Below, piece by piece: positions 57,010 through 64,000 of a stretch of 64,000 nucleotides of DNA. Position numbers and translations under genes: made by a program. Source of the stretch: an uncultured Flavobacteriaceae bacterium (GTDB lineage Bacteria > Bacteroidota > Bacteroidia > Flavobacteriales > Flavobacteriaceae); NCBI GenBank assembly GCA_964550895.1, contig CAZKAP010000003.1:49082-113081 (forward strand). Reading direction: 5' to 3'. The notes beneath the pieces are model-generated. The model saw only the letters and a list, made by a program, of their open reading frames with translations. It had not been told where the DNA came from and searched no databases. How positions within the stretch are numbered: the stretch's first letter is position 1; every line of letters begins with the position of its first letter.

Positions 57010-59691
57010 CTAAAGGGTCTTGCGCACGGCCACTTCCTGGAAGGCCTCGACGGTATCCTCTACCCTGATGTCGTTGTAATTCTTGATCTGGAGTCCGCAA
57101 TCGTAGCCTTTGGACACTTCCTTGACATCGTCCTTGAAACGCTTCAGAGAAGCGAGTTCACCCGTGAAGATGACCACGCCGTCCCGGATCAGGCGGATAC
57201 GGGAATTCCGGAATATCTTTCCGTCCGTTACCATACAACCTGCAATGGTACCAATCTTGGATATCTTGAATGTTTCCCTGATCTCTGCGGTTCCGGTGAC
57301 CTCCTCCTTCATTTCCGGAGAAAGCATACCCTCCATGGCGTCTTTCAGGTCGTTGATGGCGTCATAAATGATGGAATAGGTCCGAATATCGATTTCCTCG
57401 CGTTCGGCAACGGCTCTTGCGTTGCCCATAGGACGGACATTGAATCCAATAATGATAGCCTCCGATGCGCTGGCGAGCATTACGTCGTTTTCCGTAATCG
57501 CACCGACTCCTTTGTGGATCACATTGACCTGTATCTCGTCCGTGGACAATTTCTGGAAGGAGTCGGTCAATGCCTCTACGGAACCATCCACATCACCGCG
57601 CAGGATGATATTGAGTTCTTTGAATTCACCCAGGGCGATTCGCCTTCCGATTTCATCCAGAGTGATATGACGCTGGGCCCGAACACTCTGTTCCCGTTGA
57701 AGCTGTGAACGCTTGGCCGCGATCTGCTTGGCATCCCGTTCGTCCTCCATAACCACGAAACGGTCTCCCGCCTGAGGGGATCCGTCCAGGCCCAGTATAA
57801 TAATCGGTGTGGCAGGACCTACCTCTTGAACGTTCTTACCTCGCTCGTCCTGCATGGCCTTGATCTTTCCGCTGCAGGTACCGGCCAGCACGTAATCTCC
57901 TATTTTGAGTGTACCGGATTGAACCAGTATGGTGGAGACGTAGCCCCTTCCCTTATCCAGGGAAGCCTCGACTACGGTGCCCGTTGCCAGCCTCTCGGGA
58001 TTGGATTTAAGTTCGAGCAATTCCGCCTCCAGCAGAACCTTCTCCAGGAGCTCTTTCACCCCCTGACCGTTCTTGGCCGAAATATCATGAGACTGGATCT
58101 TGCCCCCCCAATCTTCCACCAGGAGGTTCATGGCAGCCAGCCCTTCCTTGATTTTGTCCGGATTGGCGGTGGGACGGTCGATCTTATTGATGGCGAATAC
58201 AATGGGTACGTTGGCAGCCTGGGCATGGCTGATCGCCTCCTTGGTCTGAGGCATGATGTCGTCATCTGCCGCGATCACTATGATGGCTATATCCGTTACC
58301 TGGGCTCCTCGTGCGCGCATGGCGGTAAAGGCCTCGTGCCCCGGTGTATCCAGGAAAGTAATGCGCTGACCGCTGTCCAACATCACCGAGTATGCCCCGA
58401 TGTGCTGGGTAATGCCCCCGCTTTCTCCCGCTATAACATTCTCTTTCCTGATGTAGTCCAAAAGGGAAGTCTTTCCGTGGTCCACGTGACCCATTACGGT
58501 CACGATGGGAGCCCGCGGCTTCAGGTCTTCCGCATTGTCTTCGACTTCCTCTATGGCTTCCTCCATCTCCGTCTTGACGAATTCGACCTCATAGCCAAAT
58601 TCTTCCGCCACTATGGAGAGCGTTTCCGCATCGAGTCGCTGATTCAGCGTTACCATAATACCCAGGGCCATACAGGCCGATATGATTTCTGTAGTAGAAA
58701 CATCCATCATCGTGGCCACCTCATTCACGGTAACGAATTCGGTGACTTTAAGGACTTTGCTATCCAGTTCCTGTTGCTCCAGATCCCGCTCGGTCTGCTG
58801 GCGATGCTGATCTCTTTTCTCCCTTCGATACTTGGCGCCCTTTCCTCGGCTGGTCTTACCCTGCAATTTCTCCAGGGTTTCCCGCACCTGCTTTTGCACT
58901 TCCTCCTCGGTGGGCTCCACACGAGGCTCGTTGGTACGGCCGCGATTACCCGCCGGTTTCCGTCCACGACCCCCTCCGGGGCCCGAATCGGAAACGATGC
59001 GCTTCCTTCTCTTCTTCCTATCGGGCCCGTCGTCTTTTTTGGTGGAATCCTCCTTTTTCTTCTTGGGTCGCTCGAACTTGGACAAATCAATCTTGTCCCC
59101 CGTAATCTTGGGGCCGGTGAGCTTCTTGTAATTGGTGGTTATCGACTGAGGCTCATCAGGTGCAGCCTCGGCACTTTTCTCCGGCGCCTTCTCGGGCGGA
59201 GCCTCCTTTTCCACCTCCTGGGCTGGCGGGGGATCCACAGAGGCAGAAGGAGCTTCTTCCTTGGCCGGAATGGGTTCCGTATCGGGTTTCGCAACAGGAG
59301 ACTGGGTTTCTTTCCTTGACTTATCACCATCCAGATCGATTTTCCCAACGGTTTTGGGGCCGGCCAGGTTGGCCTTAGCCTTTATCGTTTCTTCGCTGGC
59401 CTGACGACGTTCGCGCGCGAGACGTTTTTCCTCAAGCTCCTGTTCGATCTGTATCCTCAGGGCCTCCTTCTCCTTTCGCTTCTCTTCCCCTACTTCAACC
59501 GAGGCTACCTTCTTGCTCTTGTCTGTCTGGAATTCGTCCAACAATACCTGGTACACCTCGCCGGTAATCTTGGTAGTCGGCCGCGCCTCCACCTCGAATC
59601 CCTTGGTATGCAAGTAGTCCACAGCACGGTCCAGGGAAATGTTTAATTCCCTGAGTACCTTATTTAATCGTATGGTTGGGTTACCCGACAT
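57010..59691 (-). CDS. infB: translation initiation factor IF-2
   Basis: 893 aa. Low-complexity Lys/Glu/Pro N-terminal region, then GTPase motifs ([28 protein letters not shown]). Confidence 0.95.
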   Translation of the reverse strand: MSGNPTIRLNKVLRELNISLDRAVDYLHTKGFEVEARPTTKITGEVYQVLLDEFQTDKSKKVASVEVGEEKRKEKEALRIQIEQELEEKRLARERRQASEETIKAKANLAGPKTVGKIDLDGDKSRKETQSPVAKPDTEPIPAKEEAPSASVDPPPAQEVEKEAPPEKAPEKSAEAAPDEPQSITTNYKKLTGPKITGDKIDLSKFERPKKKKEDSTKKDDGPDRKKRRKRIVSDSGPGGGRGRKPAGNRGRTNEPRVEPTEEEVQKQVRETLEKLQGKTSRGKGAKYRREKRDQHRQQTERDLEQQELDSKVLKVTEFVTVNEVATMMDVSTTEIISACMALGIMVTLNQRLDAETLSIVAEEFGYEVEFVKTEMEEAIEEVEDNAEDLKPRAPIVTVMGHVDHGKTSLLDYIRKENVIAGESGGITQHIGAYSVMLDSGQRITFLDTPGHEAFTAMRARGAQVTDIAIIVIAADDDIMPQTKEAISHAQAANVPIVFAINKIDRPTANPDKIKEGLAAMNLLVEDWGGKIQSHDISAKNGQGVKELLEKVLLEAELLELKSNPERLATGTVVEASLDKGRGYVSTILVQSGTLKIGDYVLAGTCSGKIKAMQDERGKNVQEVGPATPIIILGLDGSPQAGDRFVVMEDERDAKQIAAKRSQLQREQSVRAQRHITLDEIGRRIALGEFKELNIILRGDVDGSVEALTDSFQKLSTDEIQVNVIHKGVGAITENDVMLASASEAIIIGFNVRPMGNARAVAEREEIDIRTYSIIYDAINDLKDAMEGMLSPEMKEEVTGTAEIRETFKISKIGTIAGCMVTDGKIFRNSRIRLIRDGVVIFTGELASLKRFKDDVKEVSKGYDCGLQIKNYNDIRVEDTVEAFQEVAVRKTL

Positions 59692-59730
59692 ATATTACTT
59701 TCTGCTCCTTAAATTCGCTGCAAATATAGA

Positions 59731-60963
59731 TTAATCTTCAAACTCCGCTTTGAGGATTTTCAAGACTTCGTCTACGGTTTCCTCCTCTAAATCAGTACGT
59801 TTAATCAGATCTTCCTTCTCGAGTTCGAGTACGCTCCGGGCCGTATCCAGGCCGATTTTGTGAAACTCATCGATGATCCACTTATCGATCTCATCCGAGA
59901 ATTCACTCAGTTCTACGTCCTCTTCCACGCCTTCCCTAAACACATCTATCTCATATCCAGTGAGTTGCCCAGCAAGGCGAATGTTGTGCCCCCCACGACC
60001 GATAGCCTTGGAGACCTCTTCGGGCTTCAGATATACCTGAGCCGTCATCTTCTCGTCATTGAGCTTCACCGAAGAAACCCGGGCCGGGCTCAGCGCACGG
60101 GTAACCATGAGCTGGGGATTATTCGTCCAGTTAATCACATCGATGTTCTCATTTCCGAGTTCGCGGACGATGCCGTGGATACGGGAGCCTTTCATCCCCA
60201 CACAGGCCCCGACAGGATCGATGCGATCGTCGTAGGAATCCACGGCTACCTTCGCCTTCTCTCCAGGGATACGGACCGCCTTCTTGATCGTGATCAGCCC
60301 GTCGAATACCTCGGGGATTTCCTGAAAAAACAATTGCTCCAGAAACTTGGGCGATGTCCTTGACATGATAATGGAGGGCTTAGTACCCTTGAGTTCCACT
60401 CTTTCAATGATACCGCGTACGTTGTCTCCCTTGCGGAAAAAATCCGACGGAATCTGGTGCTCCTTGGGCAGTATGATTTCGTTGCCTTCATCGTCGAGCA
60501 GAATCACCGCCTTGTGGCGCACGTGATGCACCTCCGCATTGTAAATCTCTCCCTCCAGGTCTTTGAATTGCTTGTAGAGGGTAGTGCTGTCGTGCTCGCT
60601 GATCTTGGCGATCAGATTCTGGCGTAGGGCCAGTATGGATCGCCTCCCGAGATCGATCAGCTTGACCTCCTCGGAAACGTCTTCCCCCACTTCGAAGTCG
60701 GGCTCGATCTTTCGGGCATCGGAGAGCGAAATCTCCTCGTTGGGCTCCTCCACCTCCCCGTCTTCAACTACCACCCGATTCCTCCAGATCTCCAGGTCAC
60801 CCTTATCCGGGTTAATGATGATGTCAAAGTTATCATCGGAACCGAATTTCTTCTTCAGGGCATTTCTGAATACTTCTTCCAGGATCGCCATCAGCGTCAC
60901 CCGGTCGATGAATTTGTCGTCCTTGAACTCGGAAAACGACTCTATGAGCGCCAGATTCTCCAT
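59731..60963 (-). CDS. nusA: transcription termination/antitermination factor NusA
   Basis: 410 aa. S1 and KH domains (GACVGMKGSRI, AIGRGGHNIRLA). Sits in the rimP-nusA-infB operon order. Confidence 0.95.
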   Translation of the reverse strand: MENLALIESFSEFKDDKFIDRVTLMAILEEVFRNALKKKFGSDDNFDIIINPDKGDLEIWRNRVVVEDGEVEEPNEEISLSDARKIEPDFEVGEDVSEEVKLIDLGRRSILALRQNLIAKISEHDSTTLYKQFKDLEGEIYNAEVHHVRHKAVILLDDEGNEIILPKEHQIPSDFFRKGDNVRGIIERVELKGTKPSIIMSRTSPKFLEQLFFQEIPEVFDGLITIKKAVRIPGEKAKVAVDSYDDRIDPVGACVGMKGSRIHGIVRELGNENIDVINWTNNPQLMVTRALSPARVSSVKLNDEKMTAQVYLKPEEVSKAIGRGGHNIRLAGQLTGYEIDVFREGVEEDVELSEFSDEIDKWIIDEFHKIGLDTARSVLELEKEDLIKRTDLEEETVDEVLKILKAEFED

Positions 60964-60970
60964 GGTTCGA

Positions 60971-61435
60971 TTAGAATTTTAAAATAACTGTTGCCATTTC
61001 TATCTCCGTAAAATCAATGTCTTTCTCTTTCGTTACCGTAACCTTTCCCTTGCCTACCGGCTTGGGTTCCCGGGCTTTCCAGGTCAGATGAATGCCCTGT
61101 TTGCGAACCTCGTTCAGCGTGGCCTCTACCTCTTCTCCATCCTTCGTCCTTACCTTGAGTTTTCTTCCAATGTGCTTTCCGTATTGACGGGGCATGGTAA
61201 GCGGGGTCGAAGCTCCCGCAGAACTTACCTCCAGTGAAAAGTCCTGATCTTCCCGATCGAGCTGATGTTCGATGCTTCGGCTTATGGATATACAGTCGTC
61301 CAGATTCACTCCCTTATCCCCGTCCAGTACGATCCGTATCTGATGGGATGGGGTTATATGCCATTCGATCAGGAATAAATCCGGGCGATCTTCCAGCGCG
61401 GCCCCGAGTAGGCTCCGCACCTGCTCTTCCAACAT
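60971..61435 (-). CDS. rimP: ribosome maturation factor RimP
   Basis: Start set to ATG 61435; the codon at 61438 is TTG. About 154 aa, directly upstream of nusA. Confidence 0.9.
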   Translation of the reverse strand: MLEEQVRSLLGAALEDRPDLFLIEWHITPSHQIRIVLDGDKGVNLDDCISISRSIEHQLDREDQDFSLEVSSAGASTPLTMPRQYGKHIGRKLKVRTKDGEEVEATLNEVRKQGIHLTWKAREPKPVGKGKVTVTKEKDIDFTEIEMATVILKF

Positions 61436-61448
61436 CAAATTTCAGTAT

Positions 61449-61474
61449 TAAAAGAGGGGACTCGTGGTCCCCTC
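61449..61474 (-). terminator. probable rho-independent terminator after MFS transporter gene
   Basis: Minus-strand RNA GAGGGGAC-CACGA-GUCCCCUC forms an 8-bp stem followed by UUUUAAUACUG, which is a short U-run. Confidence 0.5.
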
Positions 61475-61547
61475 GTGAATAGTTCTATCCGTTCAGAAGC
61501 GCAAAGGTATAATATTTCTTAAACAAATGAAATACATCTTGTTTGCA

Positions 61548-63107
61548 TCAGGAAGCATGTAACTCGCCTTCCTCCTGTATGTGGACGTCGGTGTCGTCAT
61601 CTACCCTTAGAGTGAGCAACCCCGACAGGATCATGGAGGCCCCTCCGGTAATAAGTACGTAGACCGTCTCACCGCCGAAAAACTGATTGACCAGGAAACC
61701 CAGAATGGAGGCCGCGACCATCTGTGGGATCACGATAAAGAAGTTGAACACCCCCATGTAGTACCCCATCTTCTGAGCCGGCAAGGCCCCGGTGAGCATG
61801 GCATAAGGGATCGATAGCACACTGGCCCAGGCCACTCCCACCCCCACCATGGAAAGGATAAGAAGGTTGGGGTCTTTGATAACATATACAGATGCCAGAC
61901 CCAATCCGCCCAGGAACAGGGCAATCAGGTGGGTCATTTTTCTTCCCACTTTTTTGGCCATCAGCGGTATGGTAAAGGCAACCAGGGCGGCTACCCCGTT
62001 GTAAACCGCAAAGAGGATGCCCACCCAGTTGGCTGCCTCGTTGTAGAGCTCCGAGGTCGTATCTCCGGTACCGTAGACGTGATTCGCCACCGCGGAGGTG
62101 CTGTAGATCCACATGGAGAAGAGACCGAACCAGGAGAAGAACTGCACCCAGGCCAGCTGCTTCATGGTTTTGGGCATCATGAGCAAATCGGTCATGATAA
62201 TCACGAAACCGGTTCGCCCCTTTATCCTTCTCACCACAGAGGCGAGCACGAAAAGTACCCCTACCACGGCCAGCCCAACGGATACTACATAGAGCTCCTT
62301 TTTGAGGTTCGCCTGACTGAGATAGGTCGTGGACAAGGCTCCCAGGATAAAGAGGCCCAGTCCGAAATTCTGCAGTCGAGAAATCCTTCGGGCATTCTCT
62401 TCCGGACTCAGGTGCACCGGCCCGCTATCGTGGGCCTCCTCGAAGGATGTCAGCTCTTCAGGGCTGTACTCACGGGATTTGAAAACGGTCCACAATACGG
62501 CGGTGAGAAAGACGAAGGCCCCGAAGTAAAAGGACCACTTGACCGACTCGGGTACGATCCCCTCCGGGGCTGTTTTCTCCATACCCAGCCCATTGGTGAG
62601 TACATAGGGCAACAGGGAGCCCACCACTGCACCTACTCCAATAAAAAAACTCTGCATGGAAAAACCCAGGGTACGCTGATCGGCGGGAAGATTATCCCCC
62701 ACAAAGGCCCGGAAGGGCTCCATGGAAACGTTGATCGACGCGTCCATAATCCAGAGCATGCCGGCTGCCACCCAGAGCGCAGGAGAGTTGGGCATGATCA
62801 TAAGGGCGATCGAGGCGAATATGGCTCCGACCAAAAAGTAGGGCCGTCTCCTGCCCAGACGGGTCCAGGTACGGTCGCTGAAATATCCGATAATGGGCTG
62901 CACCACCAGACCGGTCACGGGTGCGGCTATCCAAAGGATGGGAATGTCCTCCACTTCTGCACCCAGCGTCTCGAATATCCGGGAGGTGTTGGCATTCTGT
63001 AGGGCAAACCCGAACTGTATGCCCAGGAATCCGAAACTCATGTTCCAGATCTCCCAGAAGCTCAATTTCTTTTTACGCGGGCGTCCCGCCGCCATAGTGG
63101 TATCCAT
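61548..63107 (-). CDS. MFS transporter (GPH/SLC45-like sugar:cation symporter)
   Basis: 519 aa, 12-TM-like. N-terminus KKKLSFWEIWNMSFGFLGIQFGFALQNANTSRIF and motif DRTWTRLGRRRP. Confidence 0.85.
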   Translation of the reverse strand: MDTTMAAGRPRKKKLSFWEIWNMSFGFLGIQFGFALQNANTSRIFETLGAEVEDIPILWIAAPVTGLVVQPIIGYFSDRTWTRLGRRRPYFLVGAIFASIALMIMPNSPALWVAAGMLWIMDASINVSMEPFRAFVGDNLPADQRTLGFSMQSFFIGVGAVVGSLLPYVLTNGLGMEKTAPEGIVPESVKWSFYFGAFVFLTAVLWTVFKSREYSPEELTSFEEAHDSGPVHLSPEENARRISRLQNFGLGLFILGALSTTYLSQANLKKELYVVSVGLAVVGVLFVLASVVRRIKGRTGFVIIMTDLLMMPKTMKQLAWVQFFSWFGLFSMWIYSTSAVANHVYGTGDTTSELYNEAANWVGILFAVYNGVAALVAFTIPLMAKKVGRKMTHLIALFLGGLGLASVYVIKDPNLLILSMVGVGVAWASVLSIPYAMLTGALPAQKMGYYMGVFNFFIVIPQMVAASILGFLVNQFFGGETVYVLITGGASMILSGLLTLRVDDDTDVHIQEEGELHAS

Positions 63108-63321
63108 AGGTCAGGTGATTGAGAATTTCCCGGTTAATTTAGACAAACATTGCGAAATCATTAAAGGGTAATTCGGCTATTCCCTGGAAAAGCAGGATTT
63201 CAGGCGCGGACATCTTACCGATCCATCCCGGCAGATCGGTCGATCCGCGACTCACCCAAAACGAATTCTAAGCCGGCTGAACCGACATTCTACTGCCCCT
63301 TGGATACAGGAGGGTCTTTAG

Positions 63322-64000
63322 CTAGGGGGCCTGAATAGCTTCCCTAATCGCCTCTTCGAGCCCGTAAACTGCATCCAGTCGCCTATCCACGGCTTGCCGG
63401 GCATTAAAGGCCCGGCCCAGGTCGCCAATCAAATAGCTTTCGTATGGGTTGTCCTCCATCAGTTCGCGGAAATTCTCGGAGATTTCCCGGGTATCTTTAA
63501 GTGTTTTCAGCAGTTCGTAGAACCCGGCGTTCTGGTCCTCTCCCCAGGTAAGTACTTCGGTCTTTATATCCTGGCCGAAATAGGAATTGGTAACCGGTGC
63601 CATGAGGGGCTCAAACACTTCCTCTATAAGTTGGTCCTGGGCCTGATAGATTCGCCTCAACTCCTCATAATCCGCATAGTACTGGATCAGGGATTGCAGC
63701 AGATCCTTCTGGGTAAAACCGGAAAAAGCACCGGCAGATTTCGCGGCATCAAAAGATGAACCGTAGGATATGGGAATAGGCCCATAGTACAGAGGCTCGG
63801 AATGCATCCTGAATTCGACCCCGCTTACGGGCAGATCGGGATTGCGCACTCTGCCGAGCAACCAGCTGGCATTTTCGATCCTGTTTTCCTGATAGAGTTT
63901 CATCCTTAGCAACTCGTTGCGGTCCTTTTCCAGGTCGTCCAGTACATCCTTATAAAAAACCCTTTCCGCCCTGAGTTCCCCAACACGGGTGTTCCAGTTG
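63322..64000 (-). CDS. hypothetical protein, 5' end outside window
   Basis: The reading frame stays open from the stop at 63322 up to the window edge (...NWNTRVGELRAERVFYKDVLDDLEKDRNELLRMKLYQ...). The track's start at 63912 is a TTG inside this frame. Confidence 0.4.
   Translation of the reverse strand, partial: NWNTRVGELRAERVFYKDVLDDLEKDRNELLRMKLYQENRIENASWLLGRVRNPDLPVSGVEFRMHSEPLYYGPIPISYGSSFDAAKSAGAFSGFTQKDLLQSLIQYYADYEELRRIYQAQDQLIEEVFEPLMAPVTNSYFGQDIKTEVLTWGEDQNAGFYELLKTLKDTREISENFRELMEDNPYESYLIGDLGRAFNARQAVDRRLDAVYGLEEAIREAIQAP

Noticed and set aside
57826-59319. 497-aa plus-strand ORF. A similar case is 61929-63002 opposite the MFS gene.
   Set aside because: It is antisense to infB, which has GTPase motifs on the minus strand. 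It is a shadow ORF.
63217-63240. 7-bp inverted repeat (ACCGATC...GATCGGT) downstream of the last gene.
   Set aside because: It has a 10-nt loop and no U-run on either strand, so it is too weak to call a terminator or operator.
1-64000. A look for CRISPR arrays, tRNA/rRNA genes, IS elements or transposases, and integrases.
   Set aside because: I saw no direct-repeat/spacer arrays, no tRNA-like cloverleaf candidates in the short intergenic regions, and no transposase- or integrase-like ORFs. The island has no recognisable mobility genes or flanking direct repeats that I could detect by eye.

Overview
This is a chromosomal window from a moderately GC-rich Bacteroidota genome that looks Flavobacteriia-like. 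Supporting genes are the T9SS components sprA and porP/sprF, an alternative complex III (actABCDEF) with an aa3/caa3-type oxidase cluster, and tandem TonB genes. Nearly all genes lie on the minus strand and most are housekeeping: Fe-S/NifU, tsaB, gcvH, ruvA, ruvB, maeB, queG and rimP-nusA-infB. I saw no tRNA/rRNA genes, CRISPR arrays or transposases. The accessory part is about 11.7-17.8 kb, a co-directional gene string set between two paralogous MacB/LolCDE-like permease-permease-adaptor modules. It contains a small wHTH protein and an unannotated 49-aa ORF with a Bacteroidetes-type double-glycine leader (EMxxIRGG). These are followed by a secreted CarboxypepD_reg-like protein and a 624-aa fusion of a class-I-isoprenoid-synthase-like domain (two Asp-rich motifs) with a class-II-terpene-cyclase-like barrel (DIDD plus QW repeats). 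The string ends with a PqqD/RRE-like domain fused to an M50 membrane metalloprotease, a degenerate spacer, and a stand-alone C39 peptidase, followed directly by ABC ATPase-permease-permease-adaptor-TolC. I interpret this as a candidate undescribed peptide-isoprenoid (RiPP-like) system. That reading is inference from motifs read by eye; no searches were run.
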